From Mobula hypostoma (lineage: Eukaryota): a DNA stretch of 64,000 nt. This document shows, one piece after another, positions 47,012-60,320 of the stretch. The position numbers and the translations under genes are program-made. Below the pieces are notes generated by a model, which did no database searches, had not been told where the DNA came from, and saw nothing but the letters and a program-made list of their open reading frames with translations. Where the stretch lies: positions 18,292,001-18,356,000 of the forward strand of contig NC_086109.1 in the NCBI RefSeq assembly GCF_963921235.1. The letters are read 5' to 3'. The stretch's first letter is position 1, and every line of letters begins with the position of its first letter.

Positions 47012-47127
47012 AGCCCGACAATCTGACGAGTTGCCTCAAGGCTCTGTACCTTCAGCAAGCTCCCTGTACCTTCGTTTTCGTCCATATTGTAGGCGCCATC
47101 GTACTCTTTATGACAGATGGGATTTTG
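47012..47127 (+). CDS. MFSD4A: MFSD4A-like exon 5 equivalent
   Basis: tttgcAG acceptor, GTAAGT donor, 116 nt, phase 1/0. Reads EPDNLTSCLKALYLQQAPCTFVFVHIVGAIVLFMTDGIL. Confidence 0.92.
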
Positions 47128-47900
47128 GTAAGTAGACATGAAGACCACAACTCCTCAGAATTTGTCTATAATTGGATTTTAGTACAAAGGAGAAGGAATA
47201 TGACTCATCCATGCTGACCAATATGTGTATTCTGATTCCACTTTCCTGCATTCTGCCCATATCCCTCTTTTCCTTTTCTATCTATCTATCCTGGCCTGCT
47301 GAGATACTCCAGCATTTTGTGTGTTGCTCGGACTTTCAGCATCTGCAGGTTTTCTCTTGCATCTATCTATCTATCTATGCAAACGCTTTTGAAATATTGT
47401 CATTGCGCCCGCCTCTGCCTTCTCTGGCAGTTTGTTCCATACATCCACCATCTTCTATGTGGGGGGAAAAAGCTGTTCCTCATGTTATCCAGTCACCGGG
47501 TCCAAATCCTGGAACTTCCTTCTCCAAAACACAGTAGGATCACCTTCACCAGAAGGACTCTGGCAATTCAAGAAGCTGGCTCGCCAACTGCTTCACAGGG
47601 GGCATTAGTGAAGGGAAACAGTTGCTGGCAAGGCCAGCAATACCCACAGCCCAGAATAGGAACTATGTATACGTTTTATATATGCCTTAATACTTCATGC
47701 CAGATGAAAGTTCAGCTTCAGTTACTTTATTAGAGCTCTCTTCCGATAACGTGTCTGAAATGAGGGTGTAAATGGCAGAATGGGAACTGCCTGGACCTGT
47801 TGGCCTTCCTACATGAAAAAGATTAAATTAATTCCTATCATAATCCAGCCATTAACATCTGCTGAGGTGTGGCTTTTAATTGCAGCAGTTAGTAATATTA

Positions 47901-48836
47901 TGTAACCCTCTCAGCATAGGCTCGTAAAGAATTAACTATTACTATAAATACAAGCTAACAGCAACATTACTCCACAATGCATGGGAATAATGACAAGAAG
48001 GCCATTTCCAAACAATAAACACGTCTAGGGTAAACATGATTTGGGTAAATACAAAACATAAAAGTTTGAATGTTCCTTTAAAGGAAAGTAGGATTGCTTA
48101 TATGTAGGAACACTGACCACCCATGCAAATTCACAGTTCCCCAGAGAGCAATAATATGACTCACACCAGTATAAACTTAGATTAAAGTTGAATTGACAAA
48201 ATATTTTAAACTATACCAGAAAAAATAAAGGGCCCATAACACACACATTAGCCTAAAGTTCGCACATAATCGTTGGAGCTCATTTGTTGTGAAGTCAATC
48301 CAGGTTTGCTTCACTCCATTTACTCACAGTAACCAACAATTCTACCTGAAACACAGTCCAAGGGAAGCATAAGTAAATATCCAAGGAATTTCTAAGGACA
48401 AAACATCTCGAACTTTCTCCAAGGTCCTGTGATAACTAGCTATTTAAAAGTTATCTGAACATTCTCCATGAGACTATTGTCTGCCTGAGGGCTTCCTGAC
48501 AGCAGTATCTGTCCTTCTAAATGAGTTCATGTTCATCTGCTATGTTTGCTGTCTGTTTCCATTTTCCTTCTTTCTACTTCTTCCAAAACTCCTCACTCTT
48601 CCCAAAAAATGGCTAAGGTATCTTATTGGGCAAAGTGTTGACAAGACAAATCCTATTGGCTAAAGAACAAGCCTAACTTAATCAACTGAATTATTATATT
48701 AAGCAAAAAAAAATACTCGATTGTACAATGTAATTAAAGGAGCACACTGCATTTCAAGAAAACCTGCAGAAAATAAAATGCCCAACAGCATAATTGTATT
48801 AATACAATAAAGCATCATCTAAATCGGGGTCTTACA
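47901..48836 (-). mobile_element. Solo LTR (936 bp)
   Basis: TGTAA...TTACA termini; 4-bp TSD ATTA (47897-47900, 48837-48840). Minus-strand CCAAT boxes (~48625-48660) and a TATA-like TTTTAAATAG (~48440-48449) suggest the orientation. Confidence 0.7.
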
Positions 48837-49016
48837 ATTACAATCGGTAGGATACGTCAGGAGCACAACTACTAGCTGCTAGTACTGTAAACGCCAAGTG
48901 CTGATATTTGCAATGAGCAAATAGTGAGTGATCTGTGGGCAAAGTTAACTGATGGTCCTCACTAAAAGTCTTTGCTTCCTAGTCATTTGACAGAGATAGC
49001 AGGCTACAGGGACAGA

Positions 49017-50430
49017 TCAGAATCAGAATTATTATCACCGGCATGTGACGTGAAATTTGTTAACCTAGCAGAGGTTCAATGCAATACATAATATAGAAGT
49101 GATAATAATAATAAATAAATAAGTAAATCAGTTACAGTATACATATATTGAATAGATTAAAATGTGCAAAAAACAGAAATGCCGTGTATTAAAAATAGTG
49201 AGGTAGTATCCAAGGGTTCAATGTCCATCTAGAAATCGGATGGCAGAGGGGAAGAAGCTGTTCCTGAATCGCTGAGTGTGTGCCATCAGGCTTCTGCACC
49301 TCCTACCTGATGATAACAGTGAGAAAAGGGCATGCCCTGGGTCGAGGTCCTTAATAATGGATGCTGCTTTTTCAAGATACTGCTCCCTAAAGATGTCCTG
49401 GAAACTTTGTAGGCTAGTGCCCAAGTTGGAGCTGACTAGTTTTACAACCTTCTGCAGCTTCTTTCGGTCCTGTGCAGTAGCCCCTCCATACCAGACAGTG
49501 ATGCAGCCTGTCAGAATGCTCTCCATGGTACAATTATAGAGGTTTTTGAGTTTATTTGTTGACATGCCAAATCTCTTCAAACTCCTAATAAAGTACAGCT
49601 GCTGTCTTGCCTTCTTTATAACTACATCAATATGTTGGGACCAGGTCATATCCTCAGATCTTGACACCCAGGAACTTGAAACTGCTCAGTCTTTCCACTT
49701 CTGATCCCTCTGAGGATTGGTATGTGTCCCTTCGTCTTGCCCTTCATGAAGTCCACAAGCAGCTCTTTTGTCTTTCTGACGTTGAATGCCAGGTTGTTGC
49801 TGTGGCACCATTCCACTGGTTGGCATATCTCACCCCTGTAACCCTCTCGTCACCACCTGAGATTCTACCAACAATAGTTATATCGTCATCAGATTTGTAG
49901 ATGGTATGAGAGAGTAGAGCAGTGGGTTAAGCACACAGCCCTGACGTGCAGCAGTGTTGATCGCCGGCGAGGAGGATATGTTATCACCAATCTGCACAGT
50001 TTGTAGTCTTCTGGTTAGGAAGTCAAGGATCCAATTGCAGAGGGAGGTACAGAGGCCCAGGTTCTGCAACTTCTCAATCAGGATTGTGGGAATGATGGTA
50101 TTAAATGATGAGCTATAGTCGATGAACAGCATCCTGACATAGGTGTTTGTACTGTCCAGGTGGTCTAAAGTTGTGTGGAGCGCCATTGAGATTGTGTCTG
50201 CCATTGACCTCTTGTGGCAATAGGAAAATTGCAATGGGTCCAGGTCCTTGCTCAGGCAGTCTAATCTTGACCAACCTCTCAAAGCATTTCATCGCTGTAG
50301 ATGTGATTGCTACCGAGCGATAGTCAGTAAGGCAGCTCACATTATTCTTCTTAGGCACTGGTATAATTGTTGCCTTTTTGAAGCAAGTGGGAACTTCCGC
50401 CCGTACCAGTGAAAGGTTGAAAATGACCTG
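49017..50430 (-). mobile_element. 5'-truncated Rex/Babar-type LINE (RT region to 3' tail)
   Basis: [88 protein letters not shown]; (ATCAGA)n tail at 49017-49028. Confidence 0.88.
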
Positions 50431-50855
50431 ATAAATTGCAGATGATCACAGAGATCAGGGTGGGATGTTGGGTAGACCCTAAGGAGATTGCAAATGGGAA
50501 GGTTTTGAGCCAAGAGTGTCATTCACAGTGAAGGGCACTCATGCCATAGGTGGGAGGTCCAGTTTCAGAGGTAATTTCCCGACAGCAAGGGGGCTGTAGA
50601 CATGGGGTCTTTAAGATGGTAAGCAGCATTGTGATTGGTGGAAAGGGGGATTGAGTAATTGATTAAATGGGGTGGATTGTCTGGATTGCATGGAAGTACA
50701 TTTCTATAATCTGGGACAATATTGGGGATAGAAGGGCAAGATGGCTAATTGAATTAGTACTTTAATCTCTGTCATTAATGGATTCTGAAGCTGTAAAGAA
50801 ACACAAATGGGGCGATTAGTGTTCACACACCTCTGTTGTGTTTGATCTCTGACAG

Positions 50856-51029
50856 GGTGAGTACTCTGGGTTTGTGTACACCTATGCTGTCGAGAAACCA
50901 CTGTTCATCGAGCCTCGGGTGGCAGGTTACCTCAGCAGCCTCTTCTGGGCCTCCATTACTTTAGGGAGATTGGCGTCAATTCCAGTGTCTTGGAAACTGC
51001 GACCTGCAACCATGGTGATTATAAACCTG
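50856..51029 (+). CDS. MFSD4A: MFSD4A-like exon 6 equivalent
   Basis: ctgacAG acceptor, GTGAGT donor, 174 nt, phase 0/0. Reads GEYSGFVYTYAVEKPLFIEPRVAGYLSSLFWASITLGRLASIPVSWKLRPATMVIINL. Confidence 0.95.
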
Positions 51030-53369
51030 GTGAGTATTTTTGTCAAGGCACGGTTCATCCTGGTATCTTCCATTATGACGGCTGTGGCGGATTCTGACTT
51101 TCATGTCTAAATGTATATTCCCTCACTAAAGGACAGGGTCATCCCAGGGCCCTGCATTGCCCTGATTGGCTGGCTGTGGAACGCAATGATTTAATGTTGG
51201 GGATTCAGGACAGGCAGCACCTTTTACCCAAATTGCTAATACAAAAGGTCATAATTTTAAGGTGATTGGAGGAAAGATCAATATAGGAAGGATGTCAAAG
51301 GTAGTTTTTTTAATATATATACAGAGATTAGTAAGTGCATGGAACATACTGCCAGGGGTGGTGGTAGAAGCAGAGACATTTAAGAGACGCTTGGACAGGT
51401 ACTTGGATGAAAGAAAATGAGGCGGTGGGAAGAAAGCATTAGATTGATCTTGGAATAGGGTAAGAGGCTATCAAAACACTGTGGGCCTGTGATTTACTGT
51501 TCTATACTTCTCTATGTTCTGGCCTGGATTTTTTTTTATTTGTCTGCGGTTCAAGCATTCCCGTCTCCTGGTTGGGTGGTCAGGGGTTCAAGGTTTACAT
51601 CAGAGTGCAGAGAGAAATCACAGCTAATGCAACGGCTAATGGAACTTCCCACAGCTCATGCAAAGGCTGAAGACCAAATACAGGTAAACAGGACGAGTAC
51701 AGATAAACACAATGGTAGGCATGGATATGACGGGCCTGTTTCTGTGCTCTATAACACCAAGGCAATGCTCCGATCTCTTGGAAGCAATTAGACGCGATCA
51801 CAGGAATTTAAAATTAACTTGGGGCTTGTCTAAGGACGGGTGTGGGGCTGTAGCAGTGGTATTGCTGCCTCCCAGCTCCAGTGGAATGGAATTCAGGAGG
51901 CTTTTGTGTGAAGTTTGCATACTCTCTCCGTGTCTGCCTGGGTTTCTTCGGGGTGTTTTGAACTCTATTTACTGCTGTGTCCTATTGAAAATTGCCCCTC
52001 GCTGTAGTTTAATGGCAAAAAATAGATTAAAGAGAAGTTGATAGACATGGAAGGGAGAGAATAAGTTGCAAGTGTGCAGGGACATAAAGAGAATGGACGC
52101 ATAGGATTGCTTCACAATGAGCTGGAGTAGATTTAATGGGCTGAATGGCCACTTTTTCTGTTATAATTACAAGATATGTTAAATACATGTGTAATACACA
52201 CATTAATATCCACAGGAAACGGGAGCAGAGGTAGTAAAGACGGCCTCTGGAGCTCGCTCCACCATTCAATGAGATCCTGGCTGATCTTCAGCCTTGAAAT
52301 CTATCATCTACTGGAATCCCATCAATGATTGAATGTCCACAGACTTTTTTGCCCAGTTCTAAAGATTCAACACCATATACGTAAAGAATGTTGAATGTTC
52401 ATTCACAAACAGCCCCAGATATTTTGAGACTGTGACCTATTTTTCCAGACTTCTCAGCCAAGGAAACAACTTCCTCGTATGGATTCCATCAAATCTTTTT
52501 TTATGTTTCATTGAGACATCAGCCATTATTCAAAAGAACTGACAGCTAGACTACTCTATCCGTGCACGCATGACAGACTTGTCCTCCCAAGAACCAGTCT
52601 GGTTAACCTTTGCCACACTCCTACAGCTAAAAAGTCCTTTAGATATGAAAAGAGGATTTTTCACCATACTCCAGGTGTGCTCTGCTGTCATTAAGGCCCA
52701 ACATAATCATAGGATGTTATTCTTAATACTCAAACCCTTTTGTAAAACCACCCATGTGCTACCACATGCAAATTTCTTACAGACATTAATTGGAAAATAA
52801 AGAAATACAACAGGGTTTATGGAAATCTATACATAAGGAAAGACTGACAAACAATGTGTAAAAGAAGATGAACTGTGGAAATAAAAATAAATTTTAAGAC
52901 TAAGAACATGAGGTGTAAATGAGTCCTTGAAAATGCATCTGTAGTTTGTGGAATCAGTTCAGAGTTGTGGTGAGTGAAGCTATCCACGGTGGTTCAGGAG
53001 CCTGATGATTGAGGGCAATAACTGTTACTGAACCAGGTGATGTGGGAGTTAAGGCTCCTGTACCTCCTGCCAGATGGTAGTAACAAGAAGAGATGGTGTG
53101 GGTCTTTGATGGTTGCTGTTTCCTTGTGGCATCACTCCATGTAACTTTGCTCAGTGCTAGGGTGGGCTTTTCCTGTGATGGACTGGGCTGTATGCACCAG
53201 TTTCTGTCAACTTTTCCGTTCCCGGGCCTGGGTGTTCTTAATGAAGATGGGTGCGGTACTCCTCCTGTTCCTCATTTGTCCTTTCATCCATCAAAATCTC
53301 TTGATGAGATAGTAGCCAAAGGTCACATTCAACCTCTTGAAAGGAGTTAAAATGGTCAGAGAGTTCTAG

Positions 53370-56300
53370 AACACTGCAGGACAGAAAAGGACCTTGGCTC
53401 ATCAATGCCCAACTACTTATCTGCCTAGTCCATCAACCCGCACATGGACCATAGCCCTCCATACCCTTCCCATCCATGTACCTATCCAAATTTCTCCTGA
53501 ATGTTGAAATCAAACCTGCATCCACCACTTTAGTTGGCAGCTTGTTCCACATTCTCACTAGCCTGTGAGAGATGAAGTTCTCAGGTTCCCCTTAATCATT
53601 TCACCTTTCACCCTTAACCCATGACCTCCAGTAGTCTCACCCAACCTCATTGGAAAAAGCCTACTTGCACTTACCTATGTCTATTACCCTCATAATTTTG
53701 TATATCTCTATCAAATCGACCTTCGGACTTTGAAGTTCTAGGGAATGAAATCCTATCCTATACAACCTTTTCCTATAACTTGGGTCCTCAAGTCCTTGCA
53801 ATATTCTTGTAAATTTTATCTGCACTCTTTCTATCTCATTGACATCTTTCCTGTGGGTAGGTGACCAAAACTGTTTGTACGCAATACTCTAAATAAAGTC
53901 TCACCAACTTTTTGTACAACTGAAACATAACAGTCCAACTTCTATTCTCAGTACTTTGACTTGTGAAGCCTAATGTGTCAAAAGTTTTCTTTGCGACCTT
54001 ATAGAACATAGAATAGTACAGCACAGTACAGGCCCTTCAGCCCACAATGTTGTGCCGACCCTCAAACCCTGCCTCCCATATAAGCCCCCCCCCCCCTTAG
54101 ATTCCTCCATATCCCTGTCTAGTAGTCTCTTAAACTTCACTAGTGTATCTGCCTCCACCACTGACTCAGGCAGTGCATTCCACGCACCAACCACTCTCTG
54201 AGTAAAAAACCTTCCTCTAATATCCCCCTTGAACTTCCCACCCCTTACCTTAAAACCATGTCCTCTTGTATTGAGCAGTGGTGCCCTGGGGAAGAGGAAC
54301 TGGCTATCCACTCTATCTATTCCTCTTATTATCTTGTACACCTCTATCATGTCTCCTCTCATCCTCCTTCTCTCCAAAGAGTAAAGCCCCAGCTCCCTTA
54401 ATCTCTGATCATAATGCATACTTTCTAAACCAGGCAGCATCATGGTAAATCTCCTCTGTACCCTTTCCAAAGCTTCCACATCCTTCCTATAGTGAGGTGA
54501 CCAGAACTGGACACAGTACTCCAACTGTGGCCTAACCAGAGTTTTATAGAGCTGCATCATTACATCGCGACTCTTAAACTCTATCCCTCGACTTATGAAA
54601 GCTAACACCCCATAAGCTTTCTTAACTACCCTATCCACCTGTGAGGCAACTTTCAGGGATCTGTGAACATGTACCCCCAGATCACTCTGCTCCTCCATAC
54701 TACCAAGTATCCTGCCATTTACTTTGTACTCTGCCTTGGAGTGTGTCCTTCCAAAGTGTACCACCTCACACTTCTCCGAGTTGAACTCCATCTGCCACTT
54801 CTCAGCCCACTTCTGCATCCTATCAATGTCTCTCTGCAATCTTTGACAATCCTCTACACTATCTACAACACCACTAACCTTTGTGTCGTCTGCAAACTTG
54901 CCAACCCACCCTTCTACCCCCACATCCAGGTCATTAATAAAAATCACGAAAAGTAGAGGTCCCAGAACAGATCCTTGTGGAACACCACTAGTCACAATCC
55001 TCCAATCTGAATGTACTCCCTCCACCACCACCCTCTGCCTTCTGCAGGCAAGTCAATTCTGAATCCACCTGGCCAAACTTCCCTGGATCCCATGCTTTCT
55101 AACTTTCTGAATAAGCCTACCCTGTGGAACCTTGTGAAATGCCTTACTAAAATCCATATAGATCACATCCACTGCACTACCCTCATCTATATGCCTGGTC
55201 ACCTCCTCAAAGAACTCTATCAGGCTTGTTAGACACGATCTGCCCTTCACAAAGCCATGCTGACTGTCCCTGATCAGATCATGACTCTCTAAATGCCTAT
55301 ATATCCTATCTCTAAGAATCTTTTCCAACAGCTTTCCCACCACAGACGTAAGGCTCACTGGTCTATAATTACCCAGACTATCCCTACTACCTTTTTTGAA
55401 CAAGGGAACAACATTTGTTCCCTCCAATCCTCCGGTACCATTCCCGTGGACAATGAGGACATAAAGATCCTAGCCAGAGGCTCAGCAATCTCTTTCGCCT
55501 CGTGGAGCAGCCTGGGGAATATTCCGTCAGGCCCCGGGGACTTGTCTATCCTAATGTATTTTAACAACTCAAACACCTCCTCTCCCTTAATATCAACATG
55601 CTCCAGAACATCAACCTCACTCATATTGTCCTCACCATCATCAAGTTCCCTCTCATTGGTGAATACCGAAGAGAAGTATTCATTGAGGACCTCGCTCCCT
55701 TCCACAGCCTCCAGGCACATCTTCCCACCTTTATCTCTAATCGGTCCTACCTTCACTCCTGTCATCCTTTTTTTTCTTCACATAATTGAAGAATGCCTTG
55801 GTTTTCCTTTACCCTACTCGCCAAGGCCTTCTCATGCCCCCTTCTTGCTCTTCTTAGCCCCTTCTTAAGCTCCTTTCTTGATTTCCTATATTCCTCAATA
55901 GACCCATCTGATTCATGCTTCCTAAACATCATGTATGCTGCCTTCTTCCACCTGACTAGATTTTCCACCTCACTTGTCACCCATGGTTCCTTCACCCTAC
56001 CATTTTTTATCTTCCTCACCGGGACAAATTTATCCCTAACATCCTGCAAGAGATCTCTAAACATCGACCACATGTCCATAGTACATTTCCCTGCAAAAAC
56101 ATCATCCCAATTCACACCCGCAATTTCTAGCCTTATAGCCTCATAATTTGCCTTTCCCCAATTAAAAAATTTCCTGTCCTCTCTGATTCTATCCTTTTCC
56201 ATGATAATGCTAAAGGCCAGGGAGCAGTGGTCACTGTCCCCCAGATGCTCACCCACTGAGAGATCTGTGACCTGACCCGGTTCATTACCTAGTACTAGAT

Positions 56301-57545
56301 CTAATACGGCATTACCCCTGGTCGGCCTGTCCACATACTGTGACAGGAATCCGTCCTGGACACACTTAACAAACTCTGCCCCATCTAAACCCTTGGAACT
56401 AATCAGGTGCCAATCAATATTAGTGAAGTTAAAGTCACCCATGATAACAACCCTGTTATTTTTGCACTTTTCCAAAATCTGCCTCTCAATCTGCTCCTCT
56501 GTATCTCTGCTGCGACCAGGGGGACTATAGAATACCCCCAATAGAGTAACTGCTCCCTTCCTGTTCCTGACTTCCACCCATATTGACTCAAAAGAGGATC
56601 CTGCTACATTACCCACCCTTTCTGTAGCTGTAATAGTATCCCTGACCAGTAATGCCACCCCTCCTCCCCTTTTTCCATCCTCTCTATCCCTTTTAAAGCA
56701 CTGAAATCCAGGAATATTGAGAATCCATTCCTGCCCTGGTGCCAGCCAAGTCTCTGTAATGGCCACTACATCATAATTCCATGTATGTATCCAAGCTCTG
56801 AGTTCATCACCTTTGTTCCTGATGCTTCTTGCATTGAGGTACACACATTTCAGCCCTTCTACCTTACTGTCTTTACACCGTTTGTTCTGCTTCTCTTTCC
56901 TCAAAGCCTCTCTGCATATTAGATCTGGCTTTACTCCATGCACTTCTTGCACTGCTCTATCGCTCTGGGTCCCATCCCCCTTTCAAATTAGTTTAAACCC
57001 TCCTGAACCATGCTAGCAAACCTACCTGCAAGGATATTGCTCCCCCTCGAGTTCAGGTGCAACCCATCCAATCTGTACAGGTCCCACCTTCCCCAGAAGA
57101 GATCCCAATGTTCAAAAAATCTAAAACCCTGCTCCCTGCACCAACTCCTCAGCCACGCATTCAACTGCCATCTCCTCCAATTCTTACCATCTCCATCACG
57201 TAGCACTGGCAGCAATCCTGAGGTCCTGTTCTTCAGCCTTCTGCCTAATTCCCGAAACTCACACTTCGGGACCTCATCCCTCTTCCTGACTATGTCATTG
57301 GTCCCAACGTGTATCATGACTTCTGGTTGCTTCCCCTCTCGTACCAGGATGTTGTGCACCCGGTCAGAGACATCCCGGACCCTGGCACCCGGGAGGCAAC
57401 AAACCATGCGGGTGTCCTTCTCATGTCCACAAAATCTCCTGTCTGCTCCCCTGACTATAGAGTCTCCATCTATCTATCCATGATGCCACTTTCAAGGAAA
57501 TGTGGATCTCTATTCCCAGATCCCTGTGTTCTACTGCTGTAATAT
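53370..57545 (-). mobile_element. Old CR1 3' fragment (53370-54000 and 57468-57545) split by a younger CR1
   Basis: ORF 53836..54024: QLYKKLVRLYLEYCVQ. Sequence after 57468 (atccatgatgccactttcaagg...cccagatccct) continues the same CR1 region. Confidence 0.7.
54001..57467 (-). mobile_element. CR1 LINE (second subfamily): ORF1 esterase C-terminal part plus frameshifted ORF2
   Basis: ORF1 fragment GDSIVRG..VCCLPGARV..HVGTND..DGLHLN (SGNH/GDSL esterase). ORF2 pieces 55762..56952 (APE), 55355..55765, 55053..55427, 53970..55031 (RT, FADD). ATAGAACATAGAA tail. Confidence 0.95.
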
Positions 57546-57729
57546 CTAAACGCTGAACAAAGTTAATCTCTCTGTCCCGGTGTATGTGGAAAAACTTGGC
57601 TAAGGAGCCCATTCAGTCTTGTTCTGTCTTTCGGATGTATGTGATATCCAGTTCTCATGATTACTTACAGGAAGATATGTCATCCTAAAATGTTGCTTCA
57701 ATAAGAGTGCTTCTCTGTCCATGTTGCAG

Positions 57730-57877
57730 GGTGGAATCATTGGCACATTTGTCTTGATGCTGTGTTTCCCAGTCAGCATTGTTTGCCTTTATGTTGGAAC
57801 GGGACTTTTGGGCCTTTTCTTGAGTAGCACTTTCCCAAGTATGTTGGCTTATACTGAAGACATCTTGAATTACCAAG
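57730..57877 (+). CDS. MFSD4A: MFSD4A-like exon 7 equivalent
   Basis: ttgcAG acceptor, GTTAGT donor, 148 nt, phase 0/1. Reads GGIIGTFVLMLCFPVSIVCLYVGTGLLGLFLSSTFPSMLAYTEDILNYQ. Not present in the ORF track. Confidence 0.95.
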
Positions 57878-58062
57878 GTTAGTAGATTTTGCCTGTTCTT
57901 AATCTCTCCAATTCCTCCTTAGGATGTATAGTTTCCAAAGATATTTTTGAGACTGACATGGAATTATATTCAAACAAGGAATTTAGCACAGCTGGTGTGC
58001 ACTGGTGTTCATATTGAAATCTCTACCAATTCCACTCTGCTTCATCCCAGCATTTTGATATA

Positions 58063-58625
58063 CACTCAGTAGCCACTTTATTAGGCGCACCTGTTCATTA
58101 ATGCAAGTATCTAATCAGCCAATCGTGACAGCAACACAATGCATAAAAGCATGCAGGCGTGGTCAAGAGGTTCAATTGTTGTTTTCACCAAACACCAGAA
58201 TGAAGGAGAAATGTGATCTAAGTGACTTTGACCATGGAATGATTGTTGGTGCCAGATGGGGTGGTTTGAGTCTTTCAGAACCTGCTGATTTCCTGTGATT
58301 TTCATGCACAAGTCTCCGGTGTTCATGAAGAACAGTGTGACAAACCAAAAAAAAAAAAAATCCAGTGAGTGGCAGTTCCATGGGCGAAAACGCCTTGTTA
58401 ATAAGGGAGGTCAGAGGAGAATGGTCAGACTGGTTCAAGTGGACAAGAAGGCAACAGCAATTTGGATAATCACGTGTTACAACAGTGGTTTGCTAACCAA
58501 TATCTCTGAACACACAACATGTCGAACCTTAAAGTGAATAGGGTCAGCAACAGAAGACCATGACCGTACACTCAATGGCCACTTTATTAGGCACAGGAGA
58601 TAGCTTATCAACTGGCCACTGAGTG
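58063..58625 (+). mobile_element. Non-autonomous Tc1 element (second family)
   Basis: TA|CACTCAGTAGCCACTTTATTAGG...TGGCCACTGAGTG termini; transposase N-terminus MKEKCDLSDFDHGMIVGARWGGLSLSEPADFL. Confidence 0.85.
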
Positions 58626-59240
58626 TTGCTTTATGTTTTTATCCTTTATCAGATCTCTAAGCTGGCACTTCAGGGCCAGAAACTCAATTGGTGCAGTGTT
58701 TGGGATGAAATGTTAAACTGTTGCTCCATCAAATCAATACAAGTGATCCTTTGCCCACTTTTGTATAGAAGAATGAAGATGTTACCATATTCATTGTTCT
58801 CTGTGTATTGCTATTAACAATATTATCCAGTCCTGCCGAACTGTAGGGTTCTGCCAAAAGGTCGACTGTATTCTTATCCATAGATGCTGCCTGGCCTACT
58901 GAGTTCCTTCAGCACATTGTGTGTGTTGCTTGAACTTCTAGTATCTGCAGACTTTCTTTTCTTTCTAATTGGATTACTCCAGTCAATACCATGCTCACAG
59001 ATTGGTACTGCTCTTCCCTCGATGCAAAAGTGACTCATTCCCAATTTCAGTAGTCATAATGCATTCTGGGACATTCCAATTTATAGAAATTGCTTTGGTT
59101 ATTGCAAGTATTTCCTATTTTTTGCATTTATTTACCTCCCAGCACCAGGATGTGTTTTGATTGCTATTTGCATTATATTGAAAATTACATTACCATAGCT
59201 AGACATTTTACTTAATGCTTTCTGTTTTTGTTTTGTGTAG

Positions 59241-59311
59241 GATGTGCGACAACTGTACTGGTGACAGGGGCAGGAGTTGGGGAGTTTGCCCTCCAGATGC
59301 TGGTTGGATCT
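59241..59311 (+). CDS. MFSD4A: MFSD4A-like exon 8 equivalent
   Basis: ttttgtgtAG acceptor, GTGAGT donor, 71 nt, phase 1/0. Reads GCATTVLVTGAGVGEFALQMLVGS. Confidence 0.95.
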
Positions 59312-59389
59312 GTGAGTATACTCTTTTAAAACCAAAGCACTTCCAGGTCTCTTGTTTCCCAAAAGGTGTTTGATAGCATTATTTTGTTA

Positions 59390-59730
59390 GGTGTGGGATG
59401 TTATGTTGAAATTGTGTAAGACATTGAAGTGTAATTAGTTGTATTATGTGCAGGTTTAGTCACCTGCCTCCAGGAAAGATGTAAACCAGTTTGAAAGAGT
59501 GCAAAGAAAATTTACAAGGCTGTTGCTGGGACTAGAAGAGCTGAGTTATAGGGAAAGGTTGACTACGTTCGAACTTTATTCCCTAGAACATAGAAGTTTG
59601 AGGGGAGATTTGATAAAGGTATACAAAATTATGAAGGGTATAGATAGGGTAAATGGAAGCAGGCTTTTTCCGCTGAGGTTGTGTGAGACTACAACTAGAG
59701 GTCATTGGTTAAGGGTGAAAGGTGAAATGT
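59390..59730 (+). mobile_element. CR1 fragment
   Basis: ORF 59499..59834: QRKFTRLL.GLEELSYRERL..LYSLE..LRGDLI.VYKI..TRGH. Confidence 0.8.
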
Positions 59731-60196
59731 TTCTCCTTAAACATGGTCCTACCATTTACTGTGCAAGTCCTACCCTGGTTTGTCCAGCTACTGACTTGGT
59801 AAATTTGCAAGACTCTGCCTCAAAGAGCAATTGATCCTTCCCAAGTTACTGTACTCAGAACTGCAATCAGTACCCTGGGCCTTACTTCTATGTCCTCCAT
59901 TTCATGGGATGGACAAAAAAAGACTTTTGTAAAATTTGCCAGTGTAACTTCAGAATAGGGGCAAGTTAAGAGATATGCCTTGACTTACTTTTGTTGGTCA
60001 CCGGTCCCCTAGGGCTGAGTCGACGTAGTAGTAATAAGAGATATAGTTAGTGTGTCTGGAGAATTGGTTTATATTTCCTTTCACCAGTTCTTCATCTTGT
60101 TCCAACATCCCCACCACCACCATTTCATTCTGCTCTAGGAACGGTGATCCTCATTCCTTTACAGCATTGACTAATTCATCTTGTGATTTCTTGCAG

Positions 60197-60320
60197 ATTA
60201 TTCAGTCACCCGAAACTGATATATTCCTTGTATGTGGCCTTACCTTTGGATGTCTTGCTCTTCTGTTCTACTTGGTTCTTCTCCTCGTACATAGATTACA
60301 CAGTCTTCAGACCATGACAG
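60197..60320 (+). CDS. MFSD4A: MFSD4A-like exon 9 equivalent
   Basis: ttcttgcAG acceptor, GTAGGT donor, 124 nt, phase 0/1. Reads IIQSPETDIFLVCGLTFGCLALLFYLVLLLVHRLHSLQTMT. Confidence 0.92.

Noticed and set aside
50854..50862. Donor-like GTGAGT one base into exon 6 (possible recursive splice site)
   Set aside because: Not directly AG|GT, and explained by the Gly-Glu-Tyr codons; no supporting evidence.
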